NCBI RefSeq assembly: GCF_009914755.1
Contig: NC_060934.1
Origin: the human T2T-CHM13v2.0 reference genome, Homo sapiens
Strand: one strand, 5' to 3'
Length of the DNA stretch: 64,000 nt
Position 1 is the first letter of the stretch. Each line of letters begins with the position of its first letter. The position numbers and the translations under genes were made by a program. The notes under the pieces were generated by a model that ran no database searches, had not been told where the DNA came from, and was given only the letters and a program-made list of their open reading frames with translations. Below are positions 16,409-28,749 of the stretch, piece by piece.

Positions 16409-18049
16409 CTCTAGAGCTGATGCCCACTGGCCTCTATCTGCAGGTGAATTCTCTAAGCAGGCAGCTCAGGAAATATGCAGAATAAAATAATGATGATGGA
16501 GCCTAATACTGGTTTTTAGAAGTCACAAGCTTGCTAAATCCCAGTTTCCATCAGAATAAAGCAGTTAGACTAAACGAAGATCTCTGCAGTTTTGTAATTC
16601 CATGAGGCTGAGAAGAGGGCAGCTGAGTCCAGAATGAGAGATCGTTCAATGCCAGAACAAGACATACGGATTTCTCTCTAAAGCAGATGGAGAGCCACTG
16701 CAGACTTTGTGAGCTGAGCTGTGACATGGCCTGGCTTGTTTAAATGGCGGCAGCAGCAGAGTAAAGATGAACTGGAGAGGCCAGATATTAGAGGCAGATG
16801 CAAGGAAAAACTAGATCCCTGACTTCAGGCCATAATGTGAAAGAAAGCAAACCCCACTCCCCATGCCATAAAAAAAAATAATAAAATAAAAAGGAAAGGA
16901 AATGGCTTTACTTGCTAGACCTAGAATAGACATTGGCAAGAATCTGCACTTTGACCCTCTTCTTTTTACAGATTAAAAAAACTGAAGGTCAGACAGCCTG
17001 ACAGGTGCAGAGCAGGTTCGGAACTCTGCTCTCCAGGTTTCCAATTCAGGATTGTGGGGTCCTGCATACCTTCAAGGGGTGGCACCTTCTCACTGATTTG
17101 CCCTCCCAAAAGAAGGCAAACATTTAATCTTCATTTTTCAATACTCTGGGCTACTTCCCCACCCTCTGAGATTACCAATCAACACATTGTATTAATTGGG
17201 GATTTCACTTGTTAATCAATCAGATATAGGGGGATTTATTAGTGCTCATGGCAAGAATACAATTCACAAAATTCTATCAACTCACAAAATTGACGGAAAA
17301 GCTTCAACAACCAGATGTTCCACACCACTAGGTATGTACCAGGTGTATGTAATGTTTCTGATCCCTGTTCATCCCCTCATTATCTTGCATGTCAGCTGGG
17401 TCTTTTTGCTCCTGGCAGCCAGGTAGAAACATGGCTGCTGGTAGATTCAATTTGGCAAACCCAACATAAGGAGAAACCAGCTTCTTCCCTGTGTTCATGT
17501 ATCAGTCCCAGAGAAGGATTCCAAATGGCTCTGCAAGAATTACCTGTCCACCTCTTAAATCAGTCACTAATGATTTTCATTAGCCATGCCTGGCACCCTG
17601 GACCATCCCTCTAGCCAGGAGGAAAAGGTCTGTTTCCAGAGGAAGATGTTTTCAAAAACCTTTTATTTAAACAAAATAAAATAGCTTCCCTAATCTGCTA
17701 AACCCATCTCTACATAAAAATCCTCAGGAAATTGCTATAATTTATTTCCTCCATGCAGAGTACATCTCCTTGGCTGTAGGACATGAGATTGGAAATGTAT
17801 GCTGACCACCTCTTGCAAGCATGTTCCAGCATGAGCCCCTAAGGAACATTCAGGCAGGAACATGATGCTAACCCCAACATTTCATGCAAACATTTAATGT
17901 AGCTCAACTGATTAGTGATTAGGTAAGAAAATGCATATAATGTTATACTGTGGAAAGGTTTACCCTCAATGTGTCTGATCTTGCTAATAGCAAACCTCTA
18001 TAGAACACATCTCTCTAGAGCTGACGCCCACTGGTCTCTATCTGCAGGT
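16409..18049 (+). repeat. Dispersed 37-bp direct repeat (16409-16445 and 18013-18049)
   Basis: CTCTAGAGCTGA(T/C)GCCCACTGG(C/T)CTCTATCTGCAGGT, 35/37 identical. Confidence 0.9.
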
Positions 18050-18278
18050 TCTGCCTTGCCCATTATTTTAAAACCAGCCTGCTTTCAGGCAGGAGGCACT
18101 TGAGCAACTCTGCCATCATCTTACCCAGGTACTCTGGTCCCAATCTTGAGTCCTTGTTGGAGTAACCAGGCCTCTGTCTTGTTCCAAAGACCCACTTTCT
18201 CATTCAGACAACCTTATCTCATTCTCCTATCTCAATCCCTGCCTAGGCCCTTCATCCCAAAAGACTGAAGCTCTATCC

Positions 18279-18490
18279 CAAGCATGTCCACCTTGCACCC
18301 CTTGTGCCATGTGTGGCCCAGGACAGCTTTGAATACAACCCAATATAAATTTGTAAACTTTCTTAAAATATTATGAGGTATTTTTGTGATTTTTTTTTAG
18401 TTCATCCGCTATTGTTATTTTATATGTGGCCCATGACAATTCTTCTCCTTTCAATGTGGCCCAGGGAAGCCAAAAGATTGAACACCCCTG
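18279..18490 (-). mobile_element. MER30 (hAT-Charlie MITE)
   Basis: ..GTGGCCCAGGGAAGCCAAAAGATTGAACACCCCTG terminus; 8-bp TSD CTCTATCC/CTCTCTCC. Confidence 0.9.
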
Positions 18491-19202
18491 CTCTCTCCTC
18501 TATCCTACCTTCATGAGTCCTCTCCCAAGGTTCTGACAGATGTCTCAGCCTAATAGTAGAGACCCTCCCGCCTTCACTAGTGCCATCTGCCTAGGTCTGC
18601 AAACCTCACCTCCTTCTGAATTCCCCAACACCCTGCTCAACCCCAACACTCTGGAATGTCCATCTCCCAGTGTTGATCATCAGAGAGGCCACCTCTTATT
18701 TGCTGGCATTTCTTCCAGAAAATGCCTGTGGTACCTGTTCCCACTCAGGGGGAGGATCTTACCTGATCTTACCTGATCCCAGCCTTAATTACCCAGCTGT
18801 GTTAAGCAATATGCACTCTAACAACTATGACACTAGGTCAAAAGTCCCACAATCCCATCCCCTAAACCCAGCTTACACACAGGTGAAGGCTGAAATGACA
18901 GGAAATACCAATGGCCCAATGGCAGCCAGCCCAACCCTATGTTTATGTTATGCTTTCTCACATAAGCAGTGTGAGATAAACTTACGCAGTTTCAATGAAT
19001 GGAGTTCATGGGAAAGAGGATTATTGATCAAACAATTTGTGACTTTTATAAAATTATTTCTGGAGCTAGGGCTGTCCAAGGAAACATATTACTAACTTGA
19101 TCTGCCTTCAACATTCTTCCAGGTAAAGTGGAAAGAAAGGCCTGGGGCCCCACTGGGATGGGATTATAGCCTCAAAGTTATCTAGAATCCTATGAGCTTA
19201 GC

Positions 19203-19523
19203 AAGGTGCGAATCTCAAAGTGTGTCTCTGAAATAGCAGCAAAAGCATCATCTAAGAACTTACCAGAAATGTGTATCTTCAGGCACTACTCAGCCCTACT
19301 GAATCCAATATCCTGGGAATATGGCCCCTCAATCTGTTTTAACAAGCCATCGAGAAGACATTAATACCTGTGAAGGTGACTACAGTGGACGCTTTTAAAA
19401 AATTCAGATGCTTACTCCCCACTCCAGAGATCCTGATTGGATCTGGTCTAGGTGGGGCCTAAACATCACATTGAAGAAATTCCCAAGGTGATTCCAGCAG
19501 TCAGTTTCTGTTGAGAAGCACTG
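19203..19523. mobile_element. Two adjacent MER5-family MITE remnants
   Basis: CTCAAAGTGTG..AGCAGC..CCTACTGAATC..TTTTAACAAGCC, then AAAAATTCAGATGCT..CCCCACTCCAGAGAT..TTGAGAAGCACTG. Confidence 0.7.
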
Positions 19524-22426
19524 CTTGGGATGTGCTGAGTCCTGCAGTTTTGCTCCCAGACAAATCCATATTCACTTTCTTTTCCCCACCTGCCTTGCTT
19601 CCCTGCACAAAGGCAGCTCCATCTGCACTTAATCTGCATGTTCAGCCCCTGAAGAATGGACTGGTCAAGCTTGGCAAAGGCAAGATCTCATTTTCAAAGG
19701 CCCCATAAATGTCAAGCTTCTTGTTATTCACATTGTTTCTGTGTTAGTCACGGTTGTTGATATCATCATCAAATCAAATTAGATTTTACAGGCTTGCTGT
19801 GAAATTGTTTCTGGATGTCTGCAACTCTAGCTGAAGTCCTACTTAGGTGAAGTCACAAATGCCATCTATAAGGACTGCAGTTTGCAAGGAGAGGAGATGC
19901 CAGTGCTAAGGAGAGGCAGGAGGTATCAAAGAAATGAGACATCAGAACCTTGTTAAATCCACCCACCACGTTGCTGATCTTCATGGAAGTCTACTTAAAA
20001 CCACCTGTTTGGGTTGGAGCCAAATCTGTAGCAAGGTAATTAATCAGGGGCACATAGTATCATATGGGTCCTGGGGGCTCTATCTTATGCCTCCCTCCAA
20101 AACAGTGGTTTCCAATTTTTAAGTATATTTTTAATGACAAAATACTTCTCAGAGCTCCAGCTGATGGTAATAATGCTTTTAGCATTGTTGGATTGAGAAA
20201 ATTCACAAAGAGAACTATTCTACATTCATTACACTGATAAGTGAGTGTGCACTACATTTATCATGCATTTGAAAATTCATACCTGTGTACTACACATTTG
20301 TTACTCAGCCTAGAGGCACAAATGGATTCCAGGGCCCGCTGTAGTCACCCTACAGCCCTGAGAAGACCACTGCCTTATAGACTGGAACTCCAGCGCAGGA
20401 GAAGGAGCAATGGAAACTTAGCAGTTATATTGTACCAGATTTTCTGCACATAATTAGAATTCTGCATCCACCACCAGCCCAGGCCCTAGAGCTGCACAAG
20501 CATCCCCAGGTGTCCTGTAGTGTCTAGAAAAGCTGTCTTTATTCCCACCTACATTGTTCTGAGACACTGACTCTTGAGAAATAAATGCAGTCTATTTGAA
20601 TTAATTGAAATTCCTTCAGACAAAGGACCAAAGAAATGAAGGCTGTCTCTTTTCTTTCTATGGAATGACCTGAGCCTCCATCTCCAAGGCTAGGCCACAT
20701 TGTCTCTCTCTCTCTCAATCTGGTACCAGCCTGCTGAACACCTCGCTGCCTCCACCAGTCTCTTCTCCTCCTGCAACAAAATGGACATTCTAAAATGCAA
20801 GTCTGATTGTACCACTGTCCCTGGGAAGAATCCAAACTCCTGAATGTAGAATAAAAGATGCTTCCTGAGTTGGCCTCTCCTCTCCTCGCTGTCTTCGGCT
20901 TAGCATACCCTGACTTGCGGCTTATGCTGTATCCTACCCAGCCACTTCCAGTTCCTTGCAAAAGCCTTTCCCTACGCCCCTTTCTCTGGCTATCTCTTAT
21001 TCATTATTTATCCTCATCATGGCCAACTGCTGCCCCAGGGAGGAGCCTGCCCTGACCACCAGGGGTCTAGATTAGCTTTTCTTCTTGGATACTCCCATCG
21101 CACCTTATAATTCCCCAACCATAGTACTACTTAACCACACCATATTGTATTTGCTAATTTTTAGTGGATCTCAGAATATATCATACAACAAGAATAGAGG
21201 AAAACTTGATTCAAGTGAGCTGGCTCCCACGTGAGATGAATAAACTAACTATAATCCCCAAATAACATTTTTCTTCCTGGTTGGTTCTTTTGGATGATAC
21301 CATGACAACAGCCAAGGCTACAAGACACATAAAGGCACTTTTCTTCAACATCCTTGACCCACCCCATTTCCCATCCTCACCACCATTTGTGCAGGCTATG
21401 ACCTGGCCAATCCTTAGTGACTGAGGAATTGGAGCCATTCCACCTTCTTCTTAGGAAGAGATTGAAGGAATGCTCAGTAATATTTCTCCTTTATGGGCTT
21501 AGGACTGAGAGGCCTCCCATGAACTCCTAGAATTTGTCTGCTTCTGCAAAGAGGAAGAAAAGATATTTGAAGAACAATTCAGGTCTAGGATTTCCATGAA
21601 ACAAAAAGGCAGAATGAATTTCTGCAATTGGTCCTTCCCAGGATCTTTCCTGATATTAAAAAGAAGCAGTTCTGTGGACAATCAAAATTATGCACAGGAT
21701 AGAAAAGCATCTTCCTTTGGCAATCAAAAGACTTGAATACATTTATAATTTCCTCATTATATTTGGTTCATGGTGCTTCTGTAAGGTTTGCATGCTCTTT
21801 TCAAAACACAAGTTCTGAACCACCTAAGTAAATGTTCCGGATGACAAAACATATTCTTCCGTTTTTCAAAACAAAAATAAATCCATAGGATTTTTCCCTA
21901 CAAAATAAAAATGTGTTCAGTATACATATTAAAAATAGTTATGCATAAAGAAGTAAATAAAATAAAATTTCAATACCTAAAAACGTCAGCATTGATTATT
22001 TTTAAAATTGCAAGCCAGACTGAGCTTCATTCAGTTCTTCCAGTCGTGCCCCACCTCAAGCCTTTCCACAGGCAGATCCCTTTGTCTAAAAGAATTTTAT
22101 TCTCCCTCTAAAAACCTGCCTTCAACCTCTTTCCCTGGTTCCAGCTTAGACATTATTGTCATTATAATTATTACCTAATTAATGATGTCATATATAATTA
22201 GATGTGATACAATATAACACTGCAGCATAATACAATTGTAATCATTGTTGGATGTGATTTCCTTCAGAAGGACCCCCCTGACTTCCCAAGGCGGGTACTC
22301 ACATGTGCTCTCATAGCACCCGTCACAGTACTTTCCCCCCTGTAATGCAATTGCTATTGATTCTTCTCTTTTTCTCACCATGGAGGCAGGGGAATATTCA
22401 CTGCTGTAAGAAGTGCCCAGCACACA

Positions 22427-22428
22427 TC

Positions 22429-22461
<33 letters not shown>

Positions 22462-22480
22462 TCTCTCTGTCTCTCTCTCA
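22427..22480. repeat. (CT)n microsatellite
   Basis: Imperfect TCTC run. Confidence 0.9.
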
Positions 22481-23869
22481 CTGAGGGACAACTCTGCATG
22501 CTGCTCTGTAAATTGTCTTGTTCTTTAATGACAGATAGTGGACATATTTCCATATTACTCAAGATAGAGCTATATTGTTATTTTAAATGACTGCCTTTCA
22601 TTGCATGGAAATCATCATTTCTTTAACCAGCCTTATACTGCATGCTACTATGACATTTTATGAGACCAGATGATAATTTATTTTAGAACTCTGGGTACAA
22701 CAGTAGTCACTGGGCTCTGAGTAAGACTCTAACGAACTCTGATACGAGGAAATTTAACTCAAGAATTCTCTTATGTCTTCCATCTGCTCAAAATGTCTTT
22801 TGTTGCTTACCTCCTGTGTCTTAGCTGCATTGTAATGGGTGTTGTTACCAGATTCATGACCTTCAGCGAAGTGACGCAGCATTGTTCTAAAACTAGTTAG
22901 TAGTTTCTGAGCATCTGTAAACTGGCATTTAGTGATGTCAGCCCTGGGGAAAGACGCCATCCTGAGACAAATACTTTGCCTAGAAGAGATCATGAAATAG
23001 ATAACCCACACATTGACAAAGTAAAATCGACTTTATTTGTACATTACCAACAGTTCTCCAGGAATTCAGCACATTCCAGCCCTGGAGACAAAACTGTCCA
23101 CATATTTCCTATCAAATTGGATTTACAGAGCTCTGATTGTAAACCCAGGACTATGTTAGGTACTATGGAGAAGATAAGTGATACTTTTCTGCTCTGGGAA
23201 AGTTTATAGTCTCTTTTCATGATAAGATGTTTACACCAAAAGCTCTGGACCCCCCAAATTCAATTCACAGCCCCACGGATGGACAAACACATTTGCATTG
23301 ATCAAAGAACCTGATCCATGTTCTTATGAAAAAACAGAAAAGTCAGTATAATGGCTCTCTGAAAATAATTCAAGCACATAGAAGAAAAGGACTAATTTTG
23401 TTCAGAAAGGGGTCTTTCGAGCTACTGAACCAAGACATGAAGAAACTGGGCAAGGCTGTGGAACATCATTTTTCTCTCTAGATGTGAGTATTATCGCTTA
23501 TTGCTGGGTCAGGATGCAGATACACAGCTAAGTAATGACTGGAGCTTTTGGGGCCATCAAACAGCATGATACTGATGCCAAATATTTACATATTTCCTGC
23601 CCCTGAGGTGCTCAGAAGCTCTTTAAAAATTTTTTTAAAGCTATAAACAAAAATCTCCCTAATGCATCAGTGCAAGTGGCAACTGGTATTTCCATCTTTG
23701 TGGTAGAGACAGTGGGAGTCCAACACATTTGGAAGCAAAAGCTGGACACAACCAACGTGCATGCATGTTTTGACCCAAAACCATTTCTTCCCTTGAACTC
23801 CACTCACATTTTCCATCCCTTCTTCTTAGTTGCCTGCTATGGCCAAGCACTCATAAAATCCTCCATATG

Positions 23870-24227
23870 TCCATTATACATCACAGTCTCCCGTGGAATT
23901 AGGTTAAGACCAGTTGACTGGTTCTAGTCAATGGATAATGAGCAGTTGTGAAGTGTGTCACTTCTGGGTTGAGGTAGTTCAAAAAAATGTCTCTACCATC
24001 ACTCTCTCTCTCTGTTCTAGCAAGCTTGGAGGCCAACTGGTGAAATGGGAACCTACCAAGATGGCGGGACAAGGGAGCATGGATCCAAGTCACCAGATGG
24101 AGGACAGACTCCATCTAATCTGCATCAGACTTTGTAAGTAAGAAGTAAACTTTTGTTGTGCTAAGCCACTGAAATACTGGGGTTTGCTTGTCACCACAGC
24201 CCAGTCTATTCTATCCTGCCAGATACA
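23870..24227 (+). mobile_element. MLT1 (MLT1I/J-like) MaLR LTR
   Basis: AGAAGTAAACTTTTGTTGTGCTAAGCCACTGAAATACTGGGGTTTGCTTGTCACCACAGC..GATACA terminus. Confidence 0.75.
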
Positions 24228-24229
24228 AT

Positions 24230-24730
24230 CCATCAGCCATTCCTATCCCCTCATTCCTTTCCGGTAAGGTCCCAATATTGTTCATGGTCCATTCTTTGCT
24301 TGACCACATGCTCAAAGTGACTGCCTCTCCAATCATAGAAGGGTGAGTCATGAATTGATCTCAGCCAGCCACAGTGGTTTGATTTGCTTTGCCAGATTTT
24401 AGTTTAGGCTTGAACTTGTGATACAATTCTGGACTAAGGGTTATAAGATAAATCTCCTGAAGAACTTCTTGGAAAGGCTTTATTCACTCTTACAAAGAAA
24501 AATACGTGGAAATGTTATCTTTTTTCCATCTCTAGATTCAACTGATGAGGAAGTGATGCTTGGTACTACTGCAGCCATCTTGTGACCGTGAGGCTGAGGA
24601 CCAAAGCTAACACCATGAAGATGGCAGAGAAGAGATGTGAAAAGAACATAATCTTTTAAGATAGTTCACCCATATATTAACTAACTATGGAACCACCCTG
24701 CCTTTTTTATTGTTTGAGATGTGAAAAGTA
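24230..24730 (+). mobile_element. MLT1K/L-like MaLR LTR remnant
   Basis: GTGATGCTTGGTACTACTGCAGCCATCTTGTGACCGTGAGG..GAAGATGGCAGAG. Confidence 0.65.
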
Positions 24731-24743
24731 CCTGCCACTCAGG

Positions 24744-24920
24744 TCAGCCATTCTCAACCTGCCTGCACATTAGGAAAAGCTGGGGAATATTTGAAACATA
24801 CCAATGCCCCAGTTCTACTCCCAGAGATTCTAGTTTAGTCAGACTGCTGTGGAGACCAGACCTCACTTTTTATAAGTTCCCAGATGATTCTGCTCTGCAG
24901 TCAGAATGGCAGACCACTGC
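24744..24920. mobile_element. MER5-family MITE
   Basis: TTCTCAACCTGCCTGCACATTAG..CCAGAGATTCTAGTTTAG..AAGTTCCCAGATGATTCTG..AGACCACTG. Confidence 0.7.
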
Positions 24921-25964
24921 AAGAGTATAAGCTTCCTGAGGATAGGAACTATGCCTATTTAATATTTGATGTCCCTGTAAGTGCCAGACATAGGGCTTAG
25001 TGTGCAAACAGGCTCTTCCTTAATTTCCGAATAACTCTCTAAGCAGATAACGTGGGCTCATCTCTCTGGGGTAAATTTCCTTACAGAGCAAAAGCTGTGC
25101 TGTATCTTGGAAGGAAATGAGTTGTGACTGGTAGCAGGAGCCCATGAAGCAGGGTCCCAGCAGCCCTCTTCTAGATATCCATGGGTCTTCTGATGCTCAG
25201 TGTCTCCCCAACCCCTTCACTACCTGACACATACCTCTCTTCTCTGTGGTTCCAGTGTCCAAGCCCTCAGTCCTTCCCAGACCCTGGGAAGTTTTAAAGG
25301 CTGAGTCTGGAAAGATGCTTTTCTGTGTCTGGGTCTGCTGAAGCCTGATAGAGAAAGATCGGCCAATACTGCCCCATCTACCATAGAATAAACACCAATC
25401 TGATTTCCTTTGCTTTGAGGCCTCCAATTCCATGAAATAAATTATTGCTTTACTTGATGTTGAAAGCTCAGATTCTGTACAGCAATTGAAAGCAGAGTCT
25501 GGCTGGAGAGAGCAAACAGCCTGGATAGGGAGCCCCTCTCTATCTCTACCCCTGTGGCTTAGGAGTCTCCCACCTCTGGGAACTGGTGTGGACTTCCCTC
25601 CAAAGATAAGATCTGCCTCTTTACCTCTTCATATTTCCCTAGAACTGGGAGAAAAATCTCTGACTTCTACCCACCTAGCCATATTTCCTTTCTCTCATAG
25701 AGCAGCACAGTTTCAGGCTAAAGTGCACTACAGCTACATACCAGTTACCAGCACACTCCAAAATGAGCTCAGACCAAGCCTTACTGCAAATCTGTCCTGA
25801 AGTATAAACACTGATATCTATAACCACTTACTGTGCACAAGGAACCAGGCCAAGAGCTTCACAAGCGTGGCTCTGAGCAAATACGATTATATCTATTTAT
25901 GGTGGAAGGAATAGGCACAGAAAGGTTAAGCAATGTGTCCATGATCATATCACTCACGGATGAG

Positions 25965-26405
25965 TGAGCTATTGCTGAGTTACAAAACTCCCCAAAACCT
26001 CTTGAAAATTCAAGCTAGGATCACCTATGCACTTTTTCTTGGCTTGGTGGGGCTCCTTCTCTTTTTGCCATCAACTGCAGGTTGGCAAGGCATCTCCAAT
26101 TCTGGATGCTGGCTCCTGTTGGCTGAAGTGCCCCCATTCACCTGCCCATGGTCTTTTATGCTCCAGCTGGCTAGCTCTGGCCTGTTCCCAAGGCAGAACC
26201 AGCATTCTGAAAGAAGGCAGAAGTATATAAGAACCCTTAAGGGCGAGCCTTGGAATTGGCATGATATCACCTTGTCTGCATTCTGTTGAATAGAGCATGT
26301 CACAAGGCTAGCCCAGATTCATAGGCTGGAGAAATAGACTCTATTCCTTAGTGGGAGGAGCAAAGACACTTTGCAAAGAATAGAGATTTGGGGAAGCTAT
26401 TAATC
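25965..26405 (-). mobile_element. MLT1-type LTR remnant interrupting a MIR
   Basis: GTCACAAGGCTAGCCCAGATTCA..GGAGAAATAGACTCTATTCCTTAGTGGGAGGAGC; MIR halves on both sides. Confidence 0.65.
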
Positions 26406-27300
26406 AACCAGAGCTAGTAAGTGATGGAACCGGATTGGAACCCAAGCAGTATAGATTTGGACCCTGTGCTCTAACACTGCACATTCATGTAGCTTTTCAC
26501 ACTCCCAGCTATTAAGATTCTATGCTTCTGGTTTGAGCTCCCCAAGTATTTCCCTCCAAGTTAAAATTCCTATGTATTATGCAAACACATGTTCAATGCC
26601 ACATCAACAGACAATAATTGACACCTGAGTCAGCCATGCCAAAAACCAAAGCTAAAAGAAGGAGGAAATATCTAAATCTTGTTAAAACCAATCTCCATAT
26701 CTCAACACCACCTGTATTAGTCTGTTTTCGTGCTGTTGATAAAGATGTACCCGAGACTGGGCAATTTACAAAAGAAAGAAGTTTAATGGACTTACAGTTC
26801 CACTTGCCTGGGGAGGCCCCACAATCATAGTAGAAGGTGAAAGGCATATTTCATATGGTGGCAGACAAGAAAAAAGAAGAGAGCAGGGAGCTTGTGCAGG
26901 GAAACTCCCCTTTTTAAAACCACCAGATCTTGTGAGACTTATTCACTATCATGAGAATAGCACTGGAAAGTCCTGTCCCCATGATTCAATTACCTCCCAC
27001 TGTGTCCCTTCCACAATACATGGGAATTCAAGATGAGATTTGGGTGGGGACACAGCCAAACCATATCATTCCACCCCTGGCCCCTCCCAAATCTCATGTT
27101 CTCACATTTCAAAACCAATCATGCCTTCCCAACAGTCCCCCAAAGTCTTAACTTATTTAAGCATTAACTCAAAAGTCCACAGTCCAAAATCTCATCTGAG
27201 ATAAGGAAGGTCCCTTCTGCCTATAAGCCTGTAAAATTAAAAGCAAGTTTGTTACTTCCTAGGTACAATGGGAATACAGGCATTTGGTAAATACACCATT

Positions 27301-28194
27301 CTAAATGGGAAAAATTGGCCAAAACAAAGGGGCTACAGGCCCCATGTAAGTCCAAAAGCCAGCAAGGCAGTCAAATCTCAAAGCTCCAAAATGATCTCCT
27401 TTGACTCCATGTCTCACATCCAGGTCACATTGATGCAAGAGGTGGGTTCCCATGGCCTTGGGCAGCTCTGCCCCTGTGGCTTTGCAGGGTATAGTCTCCC
27501 ACATGGCTCCTTTTATGGGCTGGCATTGAGTCTCTGCAGCTTTTCCGTGCACACAGTGCAAGCCGTCAGTGGATCTACCATTCTGGGGACTGGAGAACAG
27601 TGGCCCTCTTCTCACAGCTCCACAAGGTAGTGCCCCAGTAGAGACTCTGTGTGGGAGCTCCCACCCCACATTTCCCTTCCACATTGCCCTAGCAGAGGTT
27701 CTCCATGAAGGCCCCACCCCTGCAGCAAACTTCTGCCTGGGCATCCAGACATTTCCATACATCCTCTGAAATCTAAGCAGAGGTTCCCAAACCTCAATTC
27801 TTGTCTTCTGCATACCTGCAGGCTCAACACCACGTGGAAGCTGCCAAGTCTTGGGGCTTCCACCCTCTGAAGGAGCAGCCTGAGCTGCATCTTGTCCTCT
27901 TTTAGTCACAGCTGGAGCAGCTGGGACATGGGGCACCAAGTCCCTAGACTGCACACAGCAGAGCGACCCTGGGCCCAGGCCACAAATCCATCTTTTCCTT
28001 CTAAACCTCTGGGCCTGTGTAGGGAGGGGCTGCCACAAAGGTCTCTGACGTGCCCTGGAGACATTTTCCCCACTGTCATGGTGATTAACATTCAGCTCCT
28101 CTTTACTTATGCAAACTTCTGTAGCTGGCTTGAATTTATCCTCAGAAAATGGGATTTTCTTTTCTATCACCTTGTCAGACTGCAAATTTTCCAA
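27301..28194 (-). pseudogene. Remnant of the MaLR internal ORF (297 stop-free codons, TTG start)
   Basis: Sense strand of THE1-int; peptide ..RIEVWEPLLRFQRMYGNVWMPRQKFAAGVGPSWRTSARAM.. is typical of THE1/MST-int translations. Confidence 0.75.
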
Positions 28195-28736
28195 ACTTTT
28201 ATGCTGTTTCCCTTTTAAACCTGAATGCTTTTAACAGCACCCAAGTCACCTCTTGAATGCTTTGCTGCTTAGTAATTCCTTCTGCCAGGTACTCTAAATC
28301 ATCTCTCTCAAGTTCAAAGTTCCACGAATCTCTAGGGCAGGGGCAAAATGCCACCAGTCTCTTTACTAAAACATAACAAGAGTCACCTTTGCTCCAGTTC
28401 CCAACAAGTTCCTCATCTCTATCTTAGACCACCTCAGCCTGGACTTTATTGTCCATATCGCTATCAACATTTTGATCAAAGCCACTCAATAAGTCTCTAG
28501 GAAGTTCCAAACGTTCCCACATTTTCCTGCCTTCTTTAGAGCCCTCCAAACTATTCCAACCTCTGCCTATTACCCAGTTCCAAAGTCACTTCCACATTTT
28601 TGGATATGTTTTCAGCAGCGCCCCATTCTACTGGTATCAATTTACTGTATTAGTCCATTTTCATGCTGCTGATAAAGACATACACAAGCCTGGGCAATTT
28701 AAAAAAGAAAGAGGTTTAATGGACTTACAGTTCTAT

Positions 28737-28749
28737 GTGGCTAGGGAGG
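28737..28749 (-). other. PRDM9 recombination-hotspot 13-mer CCTCCCTAGCCAC in a THE1B LTR
   Basis: + strand GTGGCTAGGGAGG is the exact reverse complement of CCTCCCTAGCCAC, which fits CCNCCNTNNCCNC. Confidence 0.85.
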
